Of a stretch of 64,000 bases of DNA, positions 29,662-39,594 are shown one piece after another (position 1 is the first letter of the stretch; each line of letters opens with the position of its first letter). Origin of the DNA: an uncultured Candidatus Saccharibacteria bacterium (GTDB lineage: Bacteria; Patescibacteriota; Minisyncoccia; Phycocordibacterales; UBA9973); contig CAZXCN010000002.1 in NCBI GenBank assembly GCA_964639185.1, positions 30,409-94,408 of the forward strand, written 5' to 3'. The notes beneath the pieces were generated by a model. That model did no database searches and was not told where the DNA came from. It was given only the letters and a program-made list of their open reading frames with translations. The position numbers and the translations under genes are program-made.

Positions 29662-30756
29662 TTAAAACAATTTTACAATATCGTGATAAGTTACAATAAC
29701 CATCAATAGCATCAGAATACCGAAACCTATCATGTTTACAGTATTAGCAATTTTTGGCTTTATACATGAGCCTTTTATTTTTTCGATTAATAGAAATAGT
29801 AATCGCCCACCATCAAGTGCTGGAAATGGTAACAAATTAATAACTGCCAAATTTATAGATATTAATGCTGTAAATGAGAGCAAGTAAATAAAACCAAAGC
29901 TTGAAGCTGTGCCTACCATACCCACTATACCCACAGGTCCAGATATTGAAGACAGGTCAGCACTACCTACTATTGCATCATGTATTAGAGTATAGAATCC
30001 TTGCACAGTAGCAACAACCAAATGACTAGACAACTTTAACCCTTCCCACAAAGCTTTATGCAAAGGTAACTTTAAAGTGCCGATCATATCCATACCTATA
30101 CCAATACCTGGCTCATTACCCACGATATTATCATGTGGCATTATTTTTGTTTCTAGATTTTCTTTACCACGAGTGTAATTAAATTTAATTTCATCTTTTG
30201 GGTACTTACGAATAAAATATTGCAATGATGTTGCTGATGCAATATCAGTAGAATCTTCTCCTACAGATACTTTGGTAATACGATCTCCTATTTTTAACCC
30301 AGATATTTCTGCAGGTGAATTTGGTAATACACTAGTAACTGCCAATTGTGCATTTTGTACAGATTCGCCACTAGGTACAGCATCTACTGATGAAGGTAAT
30401 CCTGTCATAAACCCTACAGAAAATAGTAACCATGCTACGAGGAAATTCATGACAACTCCGGCGAATAGCACAGCGGCTTGTATATAACGAGGTTTGTTTA
30501 TAAAACTACGAGCAGAATCAGGTCCGTTCATTGATTCTTCATCTGGATTCTCACCAAATATTTTTACATACCCACCTAGTGGTAAAGCATTAAAGCTATA
30601 ACGTGTCTCCCCTTTTTTTACACTTGCAATACGTGGCGGAAAACCAAAAGCGAATTCGTCCACCCTAATACCAGATTTTTTTGCGACAATAAAATGCCCA
30701 AATTCATGAGACACAACTAAAACCAAAAGTATTACAAGGAAAATTATTATATTCAT
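29662..30756 (-). CDS. rseP: RIP metalloprotease RseP (M50 with PDZ)
   Basis: HEFGH, PLGGYV, NLLPFPALDGG. Confidence 0.93.
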   Translation of the reverse strand: MNIIIFLVILLVLVVSHEFGHFIVAKKSGIRVDEFAFGFPPRIASVKKGETRYSFNALPLGGYVKIFGENPDEESMNGPDSARSFINKPRYIQAAVLFAGVVMNFLVAWLLFSVGFMTGLPSSVDAVPSGESVQNAQLAVTSVLPNSPAEISGLKIGDRITKVSVGEDSTDIASATSLQYFIRKYPKDEIKFNYTRGKENLETKIMPHDNIVGNEPGIGIGMDMIGTLKLPLHKALWEGLKLSSHLVVATVQGFYTLIHDAIVGSADLSSISGPVGIVGMVGTASSFGFIYLLSFTALISINLAVINLLPFPALDGGRLLFLLIEKIKGSCIKPKIANTVNMIGFGILMLLMVIVTYHDIVKLF

Positions 30757-30760
30757 ATTA

Positions 30761-31294
30761 TTAATTCATTACTTCTTTTTCCTTTTTAGCAAAAATTGCT
30801 TCCAAAGTACTATTACTCTCATCTACACATTTCTGAATATCATCCTTACCTCTCTTTTGTTCATCTTCAGTCAGGTCATCGAGCTTTGTCATTTCATCTT
30901 GACGTGCTTTACGTACAGATATTCTAGCATCTTCGAGCTTGTCCTTCAGTACTTTTACTAATCTTTGTCTTGTTTCAGTAGTAAGCATGGGAAATATTGC
31001 ACGCACACCATCACTGTCAGACAATACAGACAAACCCAAGTTTGAATTTTGAATAGCTTTTTCTATTTCTTTGATTTGTTTTTTGTCCCAAGGGGCAATA
31101 CGCAATGTCTTTGGGTCCTCTACTGTGACAGATGCTATGTTCTTTATAGGTTGGAAACTACCGTAACTTTCTATATTTACTGAGTCAAGTATCATTGGTG
31201 TTGCGCGACCTGTGTGAACTGAACCAAATTCTTTTGTCAGCCATTCCTCTACTTTTTTTAATTCTTGTTTAAAATTTTGTGTATTGTAACTCAT
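30761..31294 (-). CDS. frr: Ribosome recycling factor
   Basis: TGRATP, IAPWDK, EDARISVRKAR. Confidence 0.95.
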   Translation of the reverse strand: MSYNTQNFKQELKKVEEWLTKEFGSVHTGRATPMILDSVNIESYGSFQPIKNIASVTVEDPKTLRIAPWDKKQIKEIEKAIQNSNLGLSVLSDSDGVRAIFPMLTTETRQRLVKVLKDKLEDARISVRKARQDEMTKLDDLTEDEQKRGKDDIQKCVDESNSTLEAIFAKKEKEVMN

Positions 31295-31353
31295 ATATTT
31301 TATTATTATACTAAAAAACTAATTATTTTGCTATGAACTTATTCATAAATTAA

Positions 31354-32040
31354 TTACACTATCAATGCTATATGTTCTAAAATCATTTTCACAGCAGAGC
31401 CTGGGAGTGATAGATTCTTTCGAGCTTTTAGTATTTCTTCGTATTTAAATACGTCATCTTGTATTACCTTACCATTCTTTTCGTATATAATTTTTTCCAA
31501 ATGATCTAGTATGTTTATCGCATATTCACGCAAAGGCCCGCTAGTATCACTATTTTTGTACAAGGCAACAACCTCAGTAATACTTTTAAATCTTTCATTT
31601 ATATTTTGTTTTATAAAATTCTTAACAAAAATATCTGTTGTATAAATATTTGTATGTATAGTATGTGCTCGGGACCGAAGTGTGTCAGGCAATATATCTA
31701 CTTTTGGCAAGATAAAGAAGAAATGCACTCCTTCAGTTGGCTCCTCGAACACCTTCAATAATGCATTTTCTGCTTCATGATTTATACCAGTAGCTGTAAT
31801 TATAAAATACTTGTCATTACCACAAGAAGATCTTTCGGATTGATAGCTTTTTAGTAGTTTAGCCTTCTCTATGTTTAAAGATTCATAATTTTCTATTTGC
31901 AAACATGCACTATCTTGTATGTCTACTCCACGTGACACCAGAAACTCTTTTAGAATTATTTCTGTTTGTATTACCTCACCCTCTATCAGATACGCATGGT
32001 ACAGAGTATTACCTATTTTAGATTCAAAAATATTTGCCAT
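31354..32040 (-). CDS. DNA polymerase III delta'-like subunit, reduced
   Basis: HAYLIEG, AENALLKVFEEP, TLRSR; Walker A and Zn module not evident. Confidence 0.75.
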   Translation of the reverse strand: MANIFESKIGNTLYHAYLIEGEVIQTEIILKEFLVSRGVDIQDSACLQIENYESLNIEKAKLLKSYQSERSSCGNDKYFIITATGINHEAENALLKVFEEPTEGVHFFFILPKVDILPDTLRSRAHTIHTNIYTTDIFVKNFIKQNINERFKSITEVVALYKNSDTSGPLREYAINILDHLEKIIYEKNGKVIQDDVFKYEEILKARKNLSLPGSAVKMILEHIALIV

Positions 32041-32044
32041 TTGT

Positions 32045-33115
32045 TTATTCTATCACGTCTAATGGAAACAATTCAGCCAATTCACCAGAATAATAAAATT
32101 GATATGCCAAGTCGCCAAAATTATAATTTTTATTATTTACATTGATAATTGCACCCCCGGAAAGTGGTTCAGCTTTTGGTTTTGAATAATAAAATCCAAG
32201 ATTATAAAGTGTAGCTAATACATCGGGTCTATTTGTTACATCATAACCCTCATTTTGCCATTGAGTTTGTATTTGCTTCATATATAAACCTACATATAAA
32301 TATGAATAATATGGGTCTTTTGCATTTGTAATCCTACGCATTCGCTCGGATTCTAGATCAACACCCTCTGGGTAATCTAATACGTGTTCATATTCAGGTC
32401 CAAGATAATATGGTGAGTTAGCATCTTTTAAATTATCCTCTATTTGCTTTGCGGTTTTTGGTTTTATACCAGCAATACCATATGATATGTCAGACAATGA
32501 AGCCAATATCTTCATTGGTTCGAAATACTGCTTGAAGCTCTCTCTTCTACTGCCAAAGAATCTAAATTGTTCTCCGATAATGCCACCAAGCAGTACACGA
32601 GCCGACATTCCAGAATCAGTTGCAGCTTTTTTTATGATAGCTTGATCACGAGTAAATGAGTATTTCATAACGCTCCACTCACTTGTATCAGCCCATTCAT
32701 AAGCACTATTTGGTAATTGTGATTTATTTACATTTTTTGTATAACACTCATCCATTGCATCATTAAAATCTGCATCTGTTGCAAATCGCACACTTGCAGA
32801 ATTTATCATTGCTTCGATCAGCTTGTCACTGGCACCACTATTCAAGCTTTTAAATATAGATACTGATGTAGCTGGTGCATAAACATTTAGCACTTCTATT
32901 TGGCATAAATTTTTCATACTGATGTCGTTATCACTCACTGCATGATATATTGAACCAACAAAATATGAATTCCTCTGACTTATAGAACCAGCAACATTTA
33001 GAAGTCCAAATTTTTGCGCAAAAAATACTCCAACAAAAACAAAGCCAATTACAGAAAAAATAGCAAAGAAGAATTTTAAAATTTTACCTCTTTTTGATAA
33101 TAAATTTATTGACAT
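32045..33115 (-). CDS. Membrane-anchored hypothetical protein, possible lysozyme/lytic transglycosylase-like fold
   Basis: N-terminal TM; IIGEQ, SYGIAGIK and LATLYNLG pattern. Confidence 0.55.
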   Translation of the reverse strand: MSINLLSKRGKILKFFFAIFSVIGFVFVGVFFAQKFGLLNVAGSISQRNSYFVGSIYHAVSDNDISMKNLCQIEVLNVYAPATSVSIFKSLNSGASDKLIEAMINSASVRFATDADFNDAMDECYTKNVNKSQLPNSAYEWADTSEWSVMKYSFTRDQAIIKKAATDSGMSARVLLGGIIGEQFRFFGSRRESFKQYFEPMKILASLSDISYGIAGIKPKTAKQIEDNLKDANSPYYLGPEYEHVLDYPEGVDLESERMRRITNAKDPYYSYLYVGLYMKQIQTQWQNEGYDVTNRPDVLATLYNLGFYYSKPKAEPLSGGAIINVNNKNYNFGDLAYQFYYSGELAELFPLDVIE

Positions 33116-34128
33116 TACTTTTTGGAAATTATTGTCTTTTTATATGTGTCTAAGTGATTGAGGGCTTCACCTGTTCCATTCACAACACAATACAATGCAT
33201 CTGGAGCCAGACGAGCTTTTACACCTGTTTTCCTGTATACCAAATCAGGTAAATTACGCAGTTGTGAAGAGCCACCTGTCATTATGATACCCACATCAAT
33301 TATATCAGCAGCCAGTTCTGGAGGAGTTTCAGCCAATACATCTTTGATTGCACTTATCATGGTACGTAATTCTTTATCTATAGCACGCACTATTTCATTT
33401 GTAGATATTTGTGCAGTACGTGGTAAACCCTGAACGAAATCACGGCCTTTTATTGTCATAGTCAGTTCTTCCTCCAGTGGAACAGCAGCGCCGATTTTCA
33501 TTTTTATTTCTTCAGCTGTTTTATCACCGATAGCAAGGTTGAAAGTTTTCTTTATATAGTCAGTTATTGCGATATCTATTTTATCACCAGCACATTTTAC
33601 TGATGTAGATGCAACTATTCCTCCAAGAGAAATAACAGCCACGTCGGTAGTACCACCACCAATATCTACAATCATATGACCATTTGATTCATGTATTGGT
33701 ATACCTGCACCAATAGCCGCTAAGATTGGCTCCTTTACAACATATGCATTTTTAGCACCAGCACGTATAGCAGCTTCAACTACGGCACGACGCTCGGTTG
33801 AAGTAATACCAGCTGGAACCGATACCATTACATCGGGCTTCCACATATTCCATTTACCAAGTGCTTTGTGTATAAAATATCGTAACATTGCTTCGGTCAC
33901 ACGATAGTCTGCAATAACACCGTCCTTCATTGGTCGGTATGCAATTATAGATTCTGGGGTCTTACCTATCATGTCCTTTGCTTCTTTACCTATAGCAAGT
34001 ATTGAATTATCTTGTTCAGATACAGCTACCACAGAAGGCTCATTGAGCACTACACCACGTCCAGGAAAATACACTAGCGTATTCGCTGTGCCCAAATCAA
34101 TACCAAGTTTTCTAGAAAATATACCCAT
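33115..34128 (-). CDS. mreB: Rod shape-determining protein MreB
   Basis: GIDLGTANT, NEPSVVA, DIGGGTTD, TGGSS; ATG at 34128. Confidence 0.97.
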   Translation of the reverse strand: MGIFSRKLGIDLGTANTLVYFPGRGVVLNEPSVVAVSEQDNSILAIGKEAKDMIGKTPESIIAYRPMKDGVIADYRVTEAMLRYFIHKALGKWNMWKPDVMVSVPAGITSTERRAVVEAAIRAGAKNAYVVKEPILAAIGAGIPIHESNGHMIVDIGGGTTDVAVISLGGIVASTSVKCAGDKIDIAITDYIKKTFNLAIGDKTAEEIKMKIGAAVPLEEELTMTIKGRDFVQGLPRTAQISTNEIVRAIDKELRTMISAIKDVLAETPPELAADIIDVGIIMTGGSSQLRNLPDLVYRKTGVKARLAPDALYCVVNGTGEALNHLDTYKKTIISKK

Positions 34129-34206
34129 ATACAAGCGTGATTATATCACAAAGCTCGAAATAAAAAACCTCAGTAAAAATCTTATTAATATGTTACGATA
34201 TGATGT

Positions 34207-36171
34207 ATGTACATAGCTACCGTAATTCCAATTTCAAAGAGTGTAAACAAGGAACAACTCACCTACTTTACTGCAAAAGAAATACCATTGGGTAGCATTG
34301 TCGACATACCTGTACGCTCACGAACGACCGAAGGTATTGTTATCAATATTGAAGAAGCTCAAAATTTAAAAAGTGCGGTAAAAGACGCTAGCTATCAATT
34401 AAAAAAAATAGGTCAAGTTTATGGCCTAGCTCCATACCGAGAATCATTCTTTAAAGCATGTGAATTAATGAAGAATTATTCAGTTAGTACTACTGGTAGT
34501 GTCATCGATGCTATGCTCCCACAAATATTTATAGAAAAGTACAATGAGATAGAAAAAATTGCATACAGAAAACCTGAAATAAATCAAAAAGATTTAAAAC
34601 ATGAAAAATTAATATTCCAAGCACTTTCATCTGACCGCATGAGCTGGTACCGCACATTGATACGTGAAGCATTTGCAAAGAAAGAGTCTGTATATATATG
34701 TGTACCAACAGAATATGATATTGATAAATTCTATGAGAGTTTTACAAAAGGTATCGAGCAATATGTATACAAATTTCACAGTCATTTGGGCAAAAAGAAA
34801 TTAGTAGCAGATTACAACAAAGCTGTCACCGAAGAGCACCCTATCTTGATTATAGGTACTGGTATGTATTTATCTATTCCACGCTATGATATACGCACAA
34901 TAGTAGTCGAACACGAAAGTTCCGGAGGTTACAAACAAATACGTCGACCATATATAGATATCCGTAGCTTTGTAGAGGTACTGGCAGAATGTGAAAAAAT
35001 AAAACTTATATATGGTGACACACTTTTGCGCCCAGAAACATTATATCGTCATGAAATGCATGAATTAGGAGAAGTAGCTTCCCCATTATTTAGACTGCCT
35101 CAAGTTGAGCGCCAAATAATAATCGATATGAAAGATGAAGTTGATAATAAAGGTCAACATGTATTTACAGTTTTGTCAGATACAACAAAGAAAATGGTAG
35201 CCTATGCATTGGAACACAAAGAGACATCCTTCCTTTTTTCTGTGCGCAAAGGTCTTGCCGGAGTTACAGTATGTCATGATTGTGGACACACACTACTTTG
35301 CGAACATTGTCATACGCCAGTCGTATTGTATGGTAGCAAGCAAAAAACAGCTGACAAAGAAGCTGTAGATAGATTATTTATGTGTAATAAATGTGGCAAC
35401 AAAGGTAGTACTCAGGTTAGGTGTCCGAAATGTGAAAGTTGGAATCTAACACCACTTGGTATAGGTACTGATCGTGTAGTGGAAGAATTGAAAACAAATT
35501 TCCCTGATGCCACAATTGTACAAATAGACAAAGAAACCACCGCAAGTGAAGGTGAGATGAAGAAAGCATGCAATGTATTTTATGGTACCAAAGGTGCAAT
35601 ATTAGTTGGTACTGAAATGGCATTTTCCTGTATGAAAGAAGAGGTTATCCATAGTGCTATTATTTCTTTTGATGGATTGTTGTCTATCCCAAGCTACAAT
35701 ATAAATCAAAAAATCCTGCACTTGATAGAAAAACTTTCATCAATAACAGTACGCAATATGATAATCCAAACTCGTATTCCAGAAAATATTGTATTAAAGC
35801 ATGTTCTGCTCGGCAATGTCTTACCACTTTTCCGCAGTGACCTAAAAGAACGCGAAGATTTTGGTTACCCACCATACAAAAGGCTGATCAAGATCACATT
35901 TACAGGCACAGCAAAAGAAAATGAAAAAGCTCGCATATACTTGGAAAAGATTTTCAGTGAATACGAGCCACAAATATTTAGCGCTTTTGTATCTAAAATC
36001 AAAGGTCAGTATGTTACAAATACTGTAATCAAAGTAGCAAAGCAAGTATGGCCATTTCCACCAAAGGAGAATGTTATGGAGAATAACACAGATTATAGGA
36101 ATTTATATGAAAAACTAGCCTCTTTGCCACCCCAATTCTCTATAAATGTCGATCCAGAGGATTTGTTATAG
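34207..36171 (+). CDS. priA: Primosomal protein N' (PriA), helicase motifs degenerate
   Basis: N-terminal 3'-DNA-binding domain, four CxxC pairs, GIGTDRV, IIQTR, YPPY, INVDP. Confidence 0.88.
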   Translation: MYIATVIPISKSVNKEQLTYFTAKEIPLGSIVDIPVRSRTTEGIVINIEEAQNLKSAVKDASYQLKKIGQVYGLAPYRESFFKACELMKNYSVSTTGSVIDAMLPQIFIEKYNEIEKIAYRKPEINQKDLKHEKLIFQALSSDRMSWYRTLIREAFAKKESVYICVPTEYDIDKFYESFTKGIEQYVYKFHSHLGKKKLVADYNKAVTEEHPILIIGTGMYLSIPRYDIRTIVVEHESSGGYKQIRRPYIDIRSFVEVLAECEKIKLIYGDTLLRPETLYRHEMHELGEVASPLFRLPQVERQIIIDMKDEVDNKGQHVFTVLSDTTKKMVAYALEHKETSFLFSVRKGLAGVTVCHDCGHTLLCEHCHTPVVLYGSKQKTADKEAVDRLFMCNKCGNKGSTQVRCPKCESWNLTPLGIGTDRVVEELKTNFPDATIVQIDKETTASEGEMKKACNVFYGTKGAILVGTEMAFSCMKEEVIHSAIISFDGLLSIPSYNINQKILHLIEKLSSITVRNMIIQTRIPENIVLKHVLLGNVLPLFRSDLKEREDFGYPPYKRLIKITFTGTAKENEKARIYLEKIFSEYEPQIFSAFVSKIKGQYVTNTVIKVAKQVWPFPPKENVMENNTDYRNLYEKLASLPPQFSINVDPEDLL

Positions 36172-36249
36172 TTATTAACGTTTTTTACTTATATTTACTC
36201 ATATAAAGCTTGCATGAAATAGCTTTATATGATATCGTAATCCTTACAT

Positions 36250-36501
36250 ATGGCAAACACAACAGTAGAAGTAAAGAAAAATGCAAACGAAAACAACATG
36301 AATCTCATGCGTCGTTTTTCACGTAAAATGCAAGAAACAGGTAATATTCAAAAAGTAAAAGGCAAGCGTTACAATGAACGCAAACTTTCAAAACTAAAAG
36401 TAAAGGAAGCAACACTCAAGCGCCTAAAAAAGAGAGCTTCTAACGAAAAGCTTTACAAGCTTGGTAAGCTAAACAGGACTTCCCGCTTTACAAAAAAGTA
36501 A
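36250..36501 (+). CDS. bS21-like ribosomal protein
   Basis: Small basic protein with VEVKK..NE....LMRRFSRK pattern of S21. Confidence 0.6.
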   Translation: MANTTVEVKKNANENNMNLMRRFSRKMQETGNIQKVKGKRYNERKLSKLKVKEATLKRLKKRASNEKLYKLGKLNRTSRFTKK

Positions 36502-36506
36502 TATAA

Positions 36507-36893
36507 ATGTTAACACAGGAATCTGAGATCGTTATAAACAAAACAAAAGGCAAGCTACCAAGCTTGCCTTTTGTTTCTGTTTGTAAAGCCATACTCGGTT
36601 CTGATTATGAATTATCAGTGGTATTTGTATCAAAAGCAAAATCACGAATACTGAATCGCACATATCGAAGCAAGGATTACGCAACCAATGTATTATCATT
36701 TCCACTGACCAAATCTTCCGGTGAAATAATATTATGTCCTGACATTATGCGCAAAGAACATGCATCTTTTGACATGAATTATACAAAATTTGTAACATTT
36801 TTATTTATCCACGGATGCTTGCATTTGAAAGGAATGCAACATAGTAGTACAATGGAAGAACAGGAGCGTAAATTTCTAAAGAAATTTTCTTAA
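36507..36893 (+). CDS. ybeY: rRNA maturation RNase YbeY
   Basis: LNRTYR, TNVLSFP, HGCLHLKGMQH. Confidence 0.93.
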   Translation: MLTQESEIVINKTKGKLPSLPFVSVCKAILGSDYELSVVFVSKAKSRILNRTYRSKDYATNVLSFPLTKSSGEIILCPDIMRKEHASFDMNYTKFVTFLFIHGCLHLKGMQHSSTMEEQERKFLKKFS

Positions 36894-36925
36894 TATAACA
36901 AAACGCTTTTAGGAATTAAAAAATT

Positions 36926-38095
36926 ATGAGGCGATCAATTGCTTGTGGTATAGATATTGGCACACATACTGTACGTGTGGTTGTTATTGAACGCGACAAA
37001 AATTCATCATCGCCTATTGTTATAGCCCGTGGTCAAGCCGAAACATCCGGAGTTCGATTCGGCTATATTACCAATATCGACGCAGTTGTAAATTCAATAA
37101 AAGAAGCAGTATCCGTAGCAGAAAAAGCTTGCGGTGTAAAAATCAAACGCGCTTATGTATCTGTAGGTGGTATTGGATTGTCTTCAGAAACATCAGTAGG
37201 TAGCGCTATTATATCGCGCGCTGACAAAGAAGTTACTGCACTAGATATACAAAAAGCCACAACAGAAAGTGAAGAAAATTTAAACATTATCAATAAAAAA
37301 ATAATTCATACTGTACCTACTCAATACAAAATCGATGGCAAAGAAGTCCATGGCCGACCTGAAGGTATGAAGGGCGTAAAGCTCGAAGTGAAAACTTTAT
37401 TCGTTACAGTCCTCAAACAACACATCGAAGATTTAGCTACAGCAGTGACCGAAGCTGGAATTGAAGTAGTCGATATTGTTGCAGGAATAGTAGCCGAGAG
37501 TATTTTAATTTTAAACGAAAAAGACAAGATAGCAGGTTGTGCATTGCTTAATATTGGGTCTGAAACAGTCAACCTAGCTGTATTTGAAAACAACATACTA
37601 ACATCATTACAGGTGTTCCCTATTGGTAGTATGGATATAACAAAAGATATCGCGTTGGGATTCAAGATATCATTAGACGAAGCTGAGGGAGTAAAGCTTG
37701 GCTCTGTTATTGGTAACTATCCAAAGAAAAAACTCGACGAAATAATTGATGCCCGACTCGGCGACATATTTGAATTGGTAGAAAATCATTTAAGGAAAAT
37801 CAAGCGCAGTGGATTATTGCCAGCAGGAATAACTATTACAGGTGGAGGAAGCAGAGTACCACAGATAGAATCCGTAGCAAAAGATTATTTACGTTTACCT
37901 GCACATGCTGGAATAAAATCTGAAAATAATGCATCTAAATACAAGATTCGCGACGAAGCTTGGTTCACAGCACTTGGGCTTGCATTATTATCTAACCCAA
38001 ATATATCAGGTACTGATACTGGTATGTCAGCTAGTGATACTATTAAAAACATGCGTGGATTTTTCAAGAATTTACTTTCACAATTACTACCATAA
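36926..38095 (+). CDS. ftsA: Cell division protein FtsA
   Basis: GIDIGTH, LNIGSET, ITKDIA, ITGGGS; immediately upstream of ftsZ. Confidence 0.94.
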   Translation: MRRSIACGIDIGTHTVRVVVIERDKNSSSPIVIARGQAETSGVRFGYITNIDAVVNSIKEAVSVAEKACGVKIKRAYVSVGGIGLSSETSVGSAIISRADKEVTALDIQKATTESEENLNIINKKIIHTVPTQYKIDGKEVHGRPEGMKGVKLEVKTLFVTVLKQHIEDLATAVTEAGIEVVDIVAGIVAESILILNEKDKIAGCALLNIGSETVNLAVFENNILTSLQVFPIGSMDITKDIALGFKISLDEAEGVKLGSVIGNYPKKKLDEIIDARLGDIFELVENHLRKIKRSGLLPAGITITGGGSRVPQIESVAKDYLRLPAHAGIKSENNASKYKIRDEAWFTALGLALLSNPNISGTDTGMSASDTIKNMRGFFKNLLSQLLP

Positions 38096-38117
38096 AATAT
38101 TTTATGAATTTAATATC

Positions 38118-38148
38118 AACCTCTTGTAAGCCTTCAAGAGGTTTTTTT
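38118..38148 (+). terminator. Terminator between ftsA and ftsZ
   Basis: AACCTCTTG..CAAGAGGTT followed by a T-tract. Confidence 0.65.
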
Positions 38149-38290
38149 GTAAAGAATAGAAATATAAAAACACAATTGTTTATTTTGTCAAAGAAAATTT
38201 GCTTGTTTGCTTTTTTGGATTTTCTGCTATTATAAGTATGTAATATTAATAGATTGAAGACGAAAGTCTCCGTAACAACAGAAACACTAT

Positions 38291-39499
38291 ATGGCCAAAA
38301 TAAACCCAGCAGTAGAGTCCTTTGCCCGAATTAAAGTAATCGGTGTCGGCGGTTCAGGTAAAAATGCTCTCAATCATATGATTAGTTCAAAAGTAAAGGG
38401 TGTTGAATTCATAGTTATGAATACTGACACTCAAGACTTACATAATTCTTTTGCTGAGAAGAAAATTCACATCGGTAAGAACTTAACCAAAGGCCTAGGT
38501 GCAGGTATGAACCCTGAAATAGGTCGCCGTGCAGCTGAAGAAACAAAAGCTGAAATCCAAGATGTTATCAAAGGTGCAGATATGGTATTCGTAGCATGTG
38601 GTATGGGTGGTGGAACTGGTACAGGTGCTGCCCCAATCATTGCCCAAGCAGCAAAGGAACAAGGTATTCTTACAGTAGCTGTTGTTACAAAACCATTCTC
38701 TTTTGAAGGTAATCAGCGTATGCGTCTGGCTGAATCTGGGCTTGCTGAGCTCGAGCGTGAAGTAGATGCAATTCTAGTAATCCAAAACGACCGCTTACTT
38801 GCAATATCAGGTCCTGATGTTGGATACCGTCAAGCATTTGCTATGTGTGACGAAATATTAAAACAAGCTGTTGAAGGTATTTCTGAATTAATAACAACTC
38901 CGGGTATGATCAATGTGGACTTTGCCGATATTAAAGCTGTTATGTCTGATGCAGGTAGCGCACTTATGGGTGTCGGAACAGCTGCTGGTGATGGACGTGC
39001 AGAACGTGCAGCATTAGATGCTATTAATTCCCCACTTCTTGACCTTTCTATATCTGGTGCAAAGGGTGTATTGTTTGCTATATCAGGTGGCGAAGATCTT
39101 ACTATTCATGAGATACAAGAGGCTGCTCGTATAATAACCGAGAGCGTTGATTCAGATGCAAAGATCATATTTGGTACTATTCATGATGAAAAATTGAAGA
39201 AGGGTGAAATGAAAGTAACAGTAATAGCTACAGGCTTCCCTACTGACATGCCAAAGAAATCATTATTTCAATCTTCTGCTAACAGAAAGCCAGAACCAAC
39301 AATTGTAAATTCCACAAAAGAAGAAGTAGTCGCTGCCGTAAAAAAGGAAATAGAAGTTGAACGTACCAATATAAATATAAATACTAACGAGTATATAAAA
39401 AAAGTAGAGAAACCAATTCCAAATGATGATGAATTGTTCAGTGATGACACTGATGACTGGAGCGCTGTTCCAGCATTCTTACGAAGAGGAAAGAAATAA
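38291..39499 (+). CDS. ftsZ: Cell division protein FtsZ
   Basis: GMGGGTGTG, INVDFAD, C-terminal VPAFLRR. Confidence 0.99.
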   Translation: MAKINPAVESFARIKVIGVGGSGKNALNHMISSKVKGVEFIVMNTDTQDLHNSFAEKKIHIGKNLTKGLGAGMNPEIGRRAAEETKAEIQDVIKGADMVFVACGMGGGTGTGAAPIIAQAAKEQGILTVAVVTKPFSFEGNQRMRLAESGLAELEREVDAILVIQNDRLLAISGPDVGYRQAFAMCDEILKQAVEGISELITTPGMINVDFADIKAVMSDAGSALMGVGTAAGDGRAERAALDAINSPLLDLSISGAKGVLFAISGGEDLTIHEIQEAARIITESVDSDAKIIFGTIHDEKLKKGEMKVTVIATGFPTDMPKKSLFQSSANRKPEPTIVNSTKEEVVAAVKKEIEVERTNININTNEYIKKVEKPIPNDDELFSDDTDDWSAVPAFLRRGKK

Positions 39500-39515
39500 G
39501 TAGTAGGTAGTAAAT

Positions 39516-39560
39516 AAAAATAGCATAATAGTTTTAGAGAAAAGCTATTATGCTATTTTT
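39516..39560. terminator. Terminator after ftsZ
   Basis: AAAAATAGCATAATAG...CTATTATGCTATTTTT. Confidence 0.75.
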
Positions 39561-39594
39561 TGTTGTAAATTTGTTTTATGATAGAATATAATTT

